Part shown: positions 56,433 to 64,000 of the stretch, piece after piece
Position numbering within the stretch: position 1 is the stretch's first letter
How the letters are laid out: each line of letters begins with the position of its first letter
Origin: an uncultured Haloferula sp.
GTDB lineage: Bacteria > Verrucomicrobiota > Verrucomicrobiia > Verrucomicrobiales > Akkermansiaceae
Assembly (NCBI GenBank): GCA_965652295.1
Contig: CBFGTS010000020.1
Location: forward strand, 1 to 64,000
Length of the DNA: 64,000 nucleotides
Reading direction: 5' to 3'
The notes under the pieces: generated by a model
Database searches by the model: none
Told to the model about the DNA's origin: nothing
The model's input: only the letters and a program-made list of their open reading frames with translations
Made by a program: the position numbers and the translations under genes

Positions 56433-56882
56433 CTATCTTGTTTCCGTGCTGGAGGCACTGATCGGGAACCCGCCGAGCTGGATGCGGACGATCTCGACTC
56501 CGCCGAGGGTGATGGAGTCGTCCATGAAATAGCAGGAGAGGTAGAACTCGGCCTCGGGCAGCAGGGCGCGGGAGAGGCGGAAGCGGAAGGTGGAGGTGCC
56601 CCAGTCGTCGGTGCGGATGACCGGGACTTCGCCGACTAGCTCGCCGAGCATCCAGAGCTCCAGAACGCCTTCGATGCCGAGATCTTCGCCGGGCTCGCCA
56701 TCGAGCGGGGTGGCGAGGGTGATGATGACGTCGACCTTGTCCGAGCGATCGCCCTCGCTGAGGAGATCGACATCGATGCCGACGGGGAGGGTGTTTTCAG
56801 AATCCACCTCCAGCATCAGCGTCGAAGGTGCCGCCACGGCGAGTGGGGCGATCAACAGCAGAAGTGGTAGGAGGAATCTCAT
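56433..56882 (-). CDS. Hypothetical secreted protein
   Basis: Clear signal peptide MRFLLPLLLLIAPLAVA. Confidence 0.65.
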   Translation of the reverse strand: MRFLLPLLLLIAPLAVAAPSTLMLEVDSENTLPVGIDVDLLSEGDRSDKVDVIITLATPLDGEPGEDLGIEGVLELWMLGELVGEVPVIRTDDWGTSTFRFRLSRALLPEAEFYLSCYFMDDSITLGGVEIVRIQLGGFPISASSTETR

Positions 56883-57015
56883 TTTTTCGAAGCAGCGGCG
56901 GGACGGTACACAGTGAAAACGTCGGCGTCACTGGCAAAACTTCGGGATGTGGGGAGGCGGGTGTGACCGTCTTTGAGCTGGGAATTTCGGGGATTTCGAC
57001 ATGGGTTTCCACGCG

Positions 57016-57810
57016 ATGGGCGAGGTTTTCCTGAATCTGCGGAAGGTGAATGTGTGGCGCGGGATGCAGGCGGAGGTGCCGGCGTTGAGGGAGGTGTCGC
57101 TGGAAATGCGGACGGGGGAGAGCGTGACGATTCTGGGACCGAACGGGTCGGGGAAGAGCACGCTGCTGAAGCTGTTGACGGGTGAGTTGAGGGCCGAGGC
57201 GCGGGTGGGCTCGGAGTGCCGGCTTTTCGGCGAGGACCTGTGGAACATCGAGGAACTGCGGCACCGGATCGGAATGGTGATGCCGGAGGAGGTGGCGAGG
57301 TTCGACCCCGAGGAGCTGGCATTCGATGTGGTGCTCTCGGGTTTCCGGGGAGCCTACGGACGGACGCCGTTCATGCGGTTTTCGAAGATGGAGCGGGTGA
57401 GAGCCTCGCGGGCGGTGGACCGGATGGAGGTGGCGGATTTGGTGAATCGCCCGTTCTCCGCGCTGTCGTCGGGTGAGCGGCGACGGTTTTTGATCGCCCG
57501 CGCGCTGGCGCATGAACCGGAGGTGCTGGTGCTGGACGAGCCCTCGACGGCGCTGGATTTCGCGGCGACCACGGAGCTGACGCGGCTGCTCCGGGAGTTG
57601 ATGAAAAGCGGCACCACGGTGGTGCTGGTGACGCATCATCCGGCCGAGATTCCGCCGGAGATGAGGAGAGTGATCGCGCTGAAGGAGGGCCGGGTTTTCG
57701 CGGACGGCGGAAAGCGGCCGGTGATGGGCGCGGAGAAGCTGAGCGAGCTCTACGGCCTGCCGCTACGGGTCCGGTGGGTGGACGGCTGGTGTGCGGTGCG
57801 GCCGGGGTAG
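57016..57810 (+). CDS. ABC transporter ATP-binding protein (orphan)
   Basis: GPNGSGKST, LSSGE, VLDEP, VTH; start 57001 or 57016. Confidence 0.93.
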   Translation: MGEVFLNLRKVNVWRGMQAEVPALREVSLEMRTGESVTILGPNGSGKSTLLKLLTGELRAEARVGSECRLFGEDLWNIEELRHRIGMVMPEEVARFDPEELAFDVVLSGFRGAYGRTPFMRFSKMERVRASRAVDRMEVADLVNRPFSALSSGERRRFLIARALAHEPEVLVLDEPSTALDFAATTELTRLLRELMKSGTTVVLVTHHPAEIPPEMRRVIALKEGRVFADGGKRPVMGAEKLSELYGLPLRVRWVDGWCAVRPG

Positions 57811-57859
57811 CGAGGCATGAGTGCTCCGCCCCGTCGGAGTAGTCCGAAAGAGGGGCAAG

Positions 57860-58222
57860 TCACATCGAACTCTTCCGCGCGCGCTCGACGGGATCGTCGC
57901 GCCACATGAAGAGCGCCTTCACGGCTTCCATGAACTCGCTTTGGGTGACCCGGTGCTGGTCCCGTTCGATCTGCACCGACTCGGAAACCACGGCGGAGTC
58001 GTGCTCGGTGGCGGTGGGATCGGGATCAATGCGGTGGCCGAAATTTTCGAGCAGATTGGTGCGGATCTCGTTGTGCGCGGCGAGGAGCTTGCGGGCGGGG
58101 GCGGCCAGAGGGTGATCGGGAGGGGTGGCCTCAAGGGCGGCTCGGGTTTCCTCTTCGGCCTCGTGGAGGCGTTGCTTGAGGATTTCGAAGACTCTCTGAT
58201 CGTCGGAAGTGGATGCGGCCAT
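57860..58222 (-). CDS. Hypothetical protein
   Basis: Protein-like helical composition from MAASTSDDQRVF; fills the gap between neighbours. Confidence 0.6.
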   Translation of the reverse strand: MAASTSDDQRVFEILKQRLHEAEEETRAALEATPPDHPLAAPARKLLAAHNEIRTNLLENFGHRIDPDPTATEHDSAVVSESVQIERDQHRVTQSEFMEAVKALFMWRDDPVERARKSSM

Positions 58223-58305
58223 TTGCCAAGATGGCATCGATCCGCGTCCTCGCAAGAGATCCGAGGTTGCCGAGCGGGGCGGGGCCTTGGATGCTGCCGC
58301 CTCCG

Positions 58306-59214
58306 ATGAGCGGCGTTCCCAGCAATGATCAGACGCGAGTGATGAATTGGTCACTTGGCGTGGCGGTGGTGTTGCTGGTGGTGAAGGTCGCGGCGGCGGC
58401 GGTGACCGGATCCTCGGCGGTGTATTCGGACGCGGCGGAGTCGGTGACGCATGTGCTGGCGGTGGGTTTCGCGGCCTGGGCACTGCGATTTTCCCACAAG
58501 CCGTCGGACGAAACCCACCACTTCGGCCATGACAAGGTGGCGTTCATTTCCTCGGGGCTGGAGGGGGCGATGATTTCGGCGGCGGCCTTGCTGATCGGAT
58601 ACGAGGCGGTGCGGCAGTTCGTGGTGGGCGTGGAGTTGGAATCGCTCGGTATCGGGATGGCACTCACCGGGGCCGCTGCGGCGGTGAACCTCGGGCTTGG
58701 GATTTCGCTGATCCGCGTGGGAAAGCGGCGGAATTCGCAGCTGATCCGGGCGAACGGCGAGCACGTGCTGGCGGACGTTTGGACCAGTGCCGGAGTGCTG
58801 GTGGCGCTGGTGTTGGTGAAGCTGACGGGCGTGCAGTGGTGGGATCCGGTTTTCGCGCTGTTGGCCGCGGCGAAGCTTCTATGGACCGGCCTCCGGCTGC
58901 TGAGGGAGAGTTTCGCAGGACTGATGGATCAGGCGGATTTGATCGTGGAAAGGCAGCTCCGCGACCTGCTCGACGCCGGTTGTGCGAAATTCGGGCTGTC
59001 CTACCACAACCTGCGGCACCGGCACTCCGGGCGGACGCACTGGGTGGAGCTGCACCTGGTGTTTCCCGATGAAATGACGGTCTCGCGGGCTCACGAGATC
59101 GCGACCGGGATCGAGGCGGAAGTGGCGGCCTCGCTGGAGCCCGACGGACGCGTGATCACCCACCTCGAGCCCCGCTCGGCGGAGCATCTTGAGGAGGAGT
59201 GGGAGGTGAGGTAG
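58306..59214 (+). CDS. Cation diffusion facilitator (CDF) transporter
   Basis: SDAAES, HHFGHDK, HVLADVWTS, AHEIA, ITHLEP. Confidence 0.93.
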   Translation: MSGVPSNDQTRVMNWSLGVAVVLLVVKVAAAAVTGSSAVYSDAAESVTHVLAVGFAAWALRFSHKPSDETHHFGHDKVAFISSGLEGAMISAAALLIGYEAVRQFVVGVELESLGIGMALTGAAAAVNLGLGISLIRVGKRRNSQLIRANGEHVLADVWTSAGVLVALVLVKLTGVQWWDPVFALLAAAKLLWTGLRLLRESFAGLMDQADLIVERQLRDLLDAGCAKFGLSYHNLRHRHSGRTHWVELHLVFPDEMTVSRAHEIATGIEAEVAASLEPDGRVITHLEPRSAEHLEEEWEVR

Positions 59215-59285
59215 GTCGGCGGCTTTCTGTCGTAAGGGATTTGTGGTCACAATCCCGCGGGCTGCGGTCAATGGACCGTGAAGCC

Positions 59286-59813
59286 ATGCAAGCCGCACCC
59301 ATTCTCGAATTCCCCGTCACCATGGACCGTGCCCGATTTTCCGAACTGATCCGTGGTCACCACCGGGGGCTGCTGGCTTACGCCACGGCCCTGGTGAAAT
59401 CCGATGCCGCCGCGCGGGATCTGGTCCAGGACGCTTGTGTGGCGGCCTGGCAGAGCCTCGCGAAGTTCGACGCCACACGTGATTTTGGCGTCTGGATGCG
59501 GGGGATCATCCGCAACAAGTGGCGGGAATACTGTCGGCGGCACCGGCGGGAGGTATCGCTGGATGCGGAAACGCTGGAGCGGTTGGAAGAGCCGTTTCAG
59601 GAATCGCCGGGGGATGCGGAGCTTTTCGCCAGATTGACCGAATGCCGCTCGAAACTGCCGGAGCCGATGGCCGAGGCGGTGCGGCTGACCTACGATGAAG
59701 GCCGTACGTCCGACGAGGCCGCCGGGCTTCTTTCCACCACCGCCGGGGCGTTGCGCAAGCGCCTGGAGCGGGCCCGCGAGGCGCTGCGCCTGTGCATGTC
59801 CCGCACTGCCTGA
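59286..59813 (+). CDS. ECF sigma-70 factor
   Basis: ARDLVQD, FGVWMRGIIRN, ALRKRLERAREALRLC; start uncertain (59271/59286). Confidence 0.9.
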   Translation: MQAAPILEFPVTMDRARFSELIRGHHRGLLAYATALVKSDAAARDLVQDACVAAWQSLAKFDATRDFGVWMRGIIRNKWREYCRRHRREVSLDAETLERLEEPFQESPGDAELFARLTECRSKLPEPMAEAVRLTYDEGRTSDEAAGLLSTTAGALRKRLERAREALRLCMSRTA

Positions 59814-59835
59814 AACACCAACCGATTTTGTAGTG

Positions 59836-61899
59836 ATGAAACACGAAGATGATTTGATGGATGCCCTGCTGAAGCAGCAGGGCCGTGGAGCCGATGAGGA
59901 GCTTCTTGCTTCGATCGAAAAGGCAATGGACGAGGAGAAGGCGGGCGGCGGTGGGAGGCATCGCTGGATTCCGCTGTCCGCTGCGGCCGCGTTGGCGGTC
60001 GGCGGGGTCTTCGTTTACCAAAACCGACCCAAACCGGAGCCCGAGCTGGCATATCACGAGGCGGTGCCTGCTGTGGAGCCGTGGGGAGGGAATGCCGTCG
60101 AGGCTCCGTCACTGGAGGGGGTGAGGTTGTTGCAGGAAGAAGGACCGGAGGTGGGGCGAGTGGTCTCTCAAGAGACTCGTGCAGCGGGCTCATCTCATTC
60201 CGCCCTCCCGAGCGTGATCGAAGCCCCGGCAGCGCCCATGTCGGGGATGTTCTCTGACGAGATCGACGAAGGTCGAGCGGACGTTCCTTTTGAGCTGGGT
60301 CGGGTGATGGAGATGACAGACTCAATCAGTGACCAGCCCCGCACTCCGAGGCCGCGCATCGTGGTGCCTCCAAGGGAGAGGGACCAATGGAAAGCGCCAG
60401 CTGCTCTGGGAACGGAGATGCGATTGGAGCGGCAGATCGTCGCCCGGCAGCCGTTTTTTGACGCGGTCAAGGCGGGGGAATCCTTGAGTCGCGACCGATT
60501 CGACCAGCTCACCGACCAGCCGTGGAAGTCGCCATGGGAGAATCCTCTTTCGACGTTCTCGATCGATGTCGACACGGCATCCTACACGAACATCCGGCGG
60601 GCGATTCTGGAGGGCCGCCCTGTGCAGCCGGATGCGGTGCGGATCGAGGAGTGCATCAACTACTTCGACTACCGCTATGAGCCGCCCTCGGAGGGAAATG
60701 CCTTTGCCGCGCACACGAAACTGGCGACCTGCCCGTGGCAGCCGCAGCACCTGCTGGCGCGGGTGGCGATCAAGGGCAGGGAGATCGCCGCGAACGCCCG
60801 GCCGGCTTCGAACCTGGTGTTTTTGATCGATGTGTCGGGCTCGATGCAGTTGTCGGACAAGCTGCCGTTGCTGAAGCAGTCGATGCAGGTGCTGATCGAT
60901 TCACTCGACGAGCGCGACCGGGTGGGAATGGTGGTCTATGCGGGCACGGAAGGCGTCGTACTGGAGCCGACCTTGCTGGACGAGGCCGGGAAGTTGAAGG
61001 CTGCTGCGGCTTTGGCGAAGCTGGAATCGGGAGGCTCGACGAACGGGGGTGCCGGACTTTCCCGGGCCTACCGGATGGCGCTGGCGAACAAGGTCGAGGG
61101 CGGTGTGAACCGGGTGATTCTGGCGACGGATGGCGACTTCAATGTCGGAACCACGGGGCAGGGTCAGCTTGTGGAAATGGTGAAAGCGGAGGCGGCGAAA
61201 GGCGTGAGCCTGAGCGTGCTGGGCTTTGGCACCGGAAACCTCAACGACTCGATGATGGAGGCGATCACGAACGACGGGAACGGCAATTATTTCTACGTCG
61301 ATGGCCAACGGGAGGCGGAGCGGATTTTCCTGCAGAAGCTGAGCGGGACGCTGGTGACGATCGCCAAGGACGTGAAGATCCAAGTGGAGTTCAACCCAGG
61401 CAAGGTGAAGGCCTACCGCCTGATCGGCTATGCGAACCGGGTGCTGCGCAATCAGGACTTCAACGATGACAAGGTCGATGCCGGGGACATCGGTGCGGGG
61501 CACACGGTGACGGTGTTTTATGAAATCGTGCCGGTGGGTGTGGCGGGTCCGGACACGGGTGAGGTGGACGGCCTGCGTTACCAGCAGCCGGCCGATCGCA
61601 AGGAGCTGGTGGAGAGCGACGACTGGTTCACGCTGAAGCTGCGCTACAAGCATCCCGAGGGCGAGGTGAGTCAGTTGGTCGAGGCACCGGTGACGGGTGA
61701 GGCGGTTAAATGGGAGGATGCGGGGAACGACTTCCGCATGGCCTCGGCGGTCGCGCTTTTCGGGATGAAGTTACGGAACCTGCCGGAAGCGGCGGACGTG
61801 AGCTGGGAGCGTGTGGCCGAGATCGCCCGCCCGGCTCTGGCGGACGATCCGGAAGAGCGGCGGGCGGAGTTCGTCGAAATGATCAAGAAGCTTGAATAA
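59836..61899 (+). CDS. Membrane-anchored von Willebrand A (YfbK-like) protein
   Basis: STFSIDVDTASY, FLIDVSGSM (MIDAS), ATDGDFNVG, YRLIGYANR, DAGDIGAGH. Confidence 0.92.
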   Translation: MKHEDDLMDALLKQQGRGADEELLASIEKAMDEEKAGGGGRHRWIPLSAAAALAVGGVFVYQNRPKPEPELAYHEAVPAVEPWGGNAVEAPSLEGVRLLQEEGPEVGRVVSQETRAAGSSHSALPSVIEAPAAPMSGMFSDEIDEGRADVPFELGRVMEMTDSISDQPRTPRPRIVVPPRERDQWKAPAALGTEMRLERQIVARQPFFDAVKAGESLSRDRFDQLTDQPWKSPWENPLSTFSIDVDTASYTNIRRAILEGRPVQPDAVRIEECINYFDYRYEPPSEGNAFAAHTKLATCPWQPQHLLARVAIKGREIAANARPASNLVFLIDVSGSMQLSDKLPLLKQSMQVLIDSLDERDRVGMVVYAGTEGVVLEPTLLDEAGKLKAAAALAKLESGGSTNGGAGLSRAYRMALANKVEGGVNRVILATDGDFNVGTTGQGQLVEMVKAEAAKGVSLSVLGFGTGNLNDSMMEAITNDGNGNYFYVDGQREAERIFLQKLSGTLVTIAKDVKIQVEFNPGKVKAYRLIGYANRVLRNQDFNDDKVDAGDIGAGHTVTVFYEIVPVGVAGPDTGEVDGLRYQQPADRKELVESDDWFTLKLRYKHPEGEVSQLVEAPVTGEAVKWEDAGNDFRMASAVALFGMKLRNLPEAADVSWERVAEIARPALADDPEERRAEFVEMIKKLE

Positions 61900-61900
61900 G

Positions 61901-61984
61901 GCTGTAGGTAGTCCCCCCTTCAGGGGGTGGCATGGGCCCGGTCGCCTGCAAGTTGCACCCCCTGAAGGGGGAACTACCTACAGC
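61901..61984. repeat. REP-like inverted doublet (29-bp arms, 1 mismatch)
   Basis: GCTGTAGGTAGTCCCCCCTTCAGGGGGTG ... CACCCCCTGAAGGGGGAACTACCTACAGC; each arm is GTAG plus a small hairpin. Confidence 0.85.
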
Positions 61985-62033
61985 TCTTGGCGGCCTTCAT
62001 TCCTTTGGTCCGGCACCTGCTTGGGTGGGGAAG

Positions 62034-64000
62034 ATGATGGAGAAACCCACGGATCTGCCGCGCGTCGCCGCAGTGGATCCTTTTCTTGGAACCGTCGAGG
62101 CGGACCTGCCACCGCCGGAAGGCATCGCGGCGACGTGGTGGACGGCCAAGCCACCGGTCGGGAACACGCATCCGGGGGCGTCGCTGCCGTTCGGGATGGT
62201 TTCGGCCTGCGCCTATTCCGGTGGCTATGTGACGGGGTACGGACGATACGGGCTGTCGTTGAACGGAGGCTCGCCGCCGGTGGCTTTTGAGAAACACGAG
62301 GCCTTGGGGATCGCCCATTTCCAGCAGAGCGGCACCGGGCGGATCCGGATGTATTACAACTATCTGCTGACGACGCCGCTGGGCGAAGAAGGGCTATCGG
62401 GGCGCACGGAGCGGAGGCCGTTGCTGGATGAACGGGCTTGGCCGGGTTTTTATGCGGGGCGTTTCGGGGAAACGGAGGTGGCCTTCGAGGTGACGGCGAC
62501 GCTCCGCGGGGTGCGGCACCGCTATCGTTTCCCGGAGGGGAGGAAGCCGGGGGTGGCGGTGGAGGTGTCCGCCGGCGGCTTGCAGGTGGATGAGATGGGC
62601 GCGTACCCGCAGGGGGCGCGGTTTTGGATCGAGGGCGAAACGGTGTCGGGCGAGGTGGTGATGGAGGGCATCCCGATCCACTTCCAATGCCGGTGCCCGG
62701 GCGGGGTGCCGTTTTTGTGGGAGGACGAGGAGAAGACGGAGGGAGAGAAGTATGGGCTGACGCTGGAACGGCAGAAATCGCGCCCGGCTTTCGGGTTCGG
62801 GTTTCATGGGGAAGGGCGGGAAATGGAGCTGGTTCTCGGCTTTTCGCTGCGGACGGCGGAGCGGGCTGCGTTGGCGGTGGAGACGCGGGAAACGTTCGAA
62901 ATCGCAGCGAACGAGGCGGCGGAATCCTGGGAGTCGGTGCTTTCGCGGGTGGAGGTGGAGGGGGGCACGGCGGCGCAGCATGAGATGTTCGACACGGCGC
63001 TGTATCACTCGCTTCTGAAGCCTGCGGACTTCAGCGGCGAGAATCCGTTCACGCGGCGGGACGGCCCGTTTTTCCTGGATCTCTCGACGCTGTGGGACCT
63101 CTACAAAACGCAGCTGCCGCTGATGATGACGCTGTGGCCGGAGCGCGGCGCGGCGTTCGTCGAATTCCTCTGTGAGGTGGCGGAACGGGAGGGGGTTTTC
63201 CCGATCAGCTACCTGATGGACAACGTGCCGGATCGCTTCACGAAACAGGCGACGGGACTGTGCCACGCGATCCTGGAAGACGCCCGGCTGCGGGGGATCG
63301 AGGCGGACTGGGACCGGGTGCTGTCGCTGTTGTGGCGCACCAGTCAGAGCGGAAAGGGTCGCAAGAGCCGCTTTGGCGACTACGGCAGGCGTTTCGTAGT
63401 GGATCCGCTGTCGCACACGCTCGACATCGCCTACGCGCACTTCTGCATGGCGCGGATGGCGCGCGCGCTGGGAAACCAGCTGATCCACGATCGGGCGAGC
63501 GCGCTGTCGGTGCATTGGCGCAATGCCTTCGATTCCGCCAGCGGCCTGCTGCGGGAGGACTCGACCTACTATGAGGGCGAGAACTGGAACTACTCGTTCC
63601 GTTTCCTCCACGAGATGCAGGAGCGGATCGATCTTGCGGGCGGGAACCCGCGGTTCGTGGCGCTGCTCGACAAATTCTTCGGCTTTTTCGAGGCCTCCCA
63701 CGGTGAGCGCCTGTTCCGCTTCGAGGGGCTCAACAACGAACCGGACATGGAAACGCCCTACGCCTACATTTATGCCGGCCGACACGACCGCACCGCGCGG
63801 GTGGTGCGGCGGGTGATGCAGTGCCGCTTCACCACCGGACCGGGCGGCTTGCCGGGAAACGACGACTCGGGCGGATTGTCCTCATGGCTGGTGTGGAGCG
63901 CCACCGGGCTTTTTCCGGTTTGCGGGCAGCCGCTGATGTTCATCGGCAGCCCGTTGTTTGTAAAAGCCTGCTGGCACTTGCCGGGCGGGGATTTCACCGT
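62034..64000 (+). CDS. GH92 alpha-mannosidase family protein (runs off the window end)
   Basis: Manual translation: VDPFLGT, GNTHPGASLPFGMV, FQQSGTG, LWDLYKT, YYEG, NNEPD, PGNDDSGGLSSW; the start and the GNDD motif are in the same frame. Confidence 0.9.
   Translation, partial: MMEKPTDLPRVAAVDPFLGTVEADLPPPEGIAATWWTAKPPVGNTHPGASLPFGMVSACAYSGGYVTGYGRYGLSLNGGSPPVAFEKHEALGIAHFQQSGTGRIRMYYNYLLTTPLGEEGLSGRTERRPLLDERAWPGFYAGRFGETEVAFEVTATLRGVRHRYRFPEGRKPGVAVEVSAGGLQVDEMGAYPQGARFWIEGETVSGEVVMEGIPIHFQCRCPGGVPFLWEDEEKTEGEKYGLTLERQKSRPAFGFGFHGEGREMELVLGFSLRTAERAALAVETRETFEIAANEAAESWESVLSRVEVEGGTAAQHEMFDTALYHSLLKPADFSGENPFTRRDGPFFLDLSTLWDLYKTQLPLMMTLWPERGAAFVEFLCEVAEREGVFPISYLMDNVPDRFTKQATGLCHAILEDARLRGIEADWDRVLSLLWRTSQSGKGRKSRFGDYGRRFVVDPLSHTLDIAYAHFCMARMARALGNQLIHDRASALSVHWRNAFDSASGLLREDSTYYEGENWNYSFRFLHEMQERIDLAGGNPRFVALLDKFFGFFEASHGERLFRFEGLNNEPDMETPYAYIYAGRHDRTARVVRRVMQCRFTTGPGGLPGNDDSGGLSSWLVWSATGLFPVCGQPLMFIGSPLFVKACWHLPGGDFT

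Noticed and set aside
62394..63785. 463-aa minus-strand ORF
   Set aside because: Antisense shadow of the GH92 gene
1..64000. tRNA, rRNA, integrase or prophage genes
   Set aside because: None recognised by eye; a tRNAscan/Infernal run would be needed to exclude small RNAs

Overview
High-GC bacterial DNA, most likely from Verrucomicrobiota (Haloferula/Luteolibacter-like). This is inferred from PEP-CTERM proteins, ECF/Ser-Thr kinase pairs, a sulfatase, A/C-rich Shine-Dalgarno-less leaders and a verrucomicrobial-type C-terminal domain. The window opens in the 3' end of nrdA (class I ribonucleotide reductase alpha). Directly after it is an AT-richer three-gene module, translationally coupled to nrdA: Ser/Thr kinase, 386-aa unknown protein, PD-(D/E)xK nuclease-like protein. 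This is the best candidate for an undescribed (defence-like) system. Next comes a RAYT/Y1 transposase with inverted ends, preceded by a tandem array of its own left end with a captured radical-SAM gene fragment as one spacer. The whole block is closed by a frameshifted relic of the nrdA 3' end (6967-7025), pointing to an insertion hotspot at the nrdA C-terminus. The rest is accessory and catabolic DNA: a sulfatase, a GDPD, four ECF sigma factors with different partners, redox regulators (HxlR, Rrf2, MocR), a ~20 kb secreted glycan-processing cluster (GH53-esterase fusion, beta-helix/ricin, SGNH esterases, GH128), a two-component system, an M12-type metalloprotease, a CDF transporter, a vWA protein, a REP doublet and a partial GH92. 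All calls come from motif reading by eye; no database searches were run, and start codons were often re-assigned from the ORF track.
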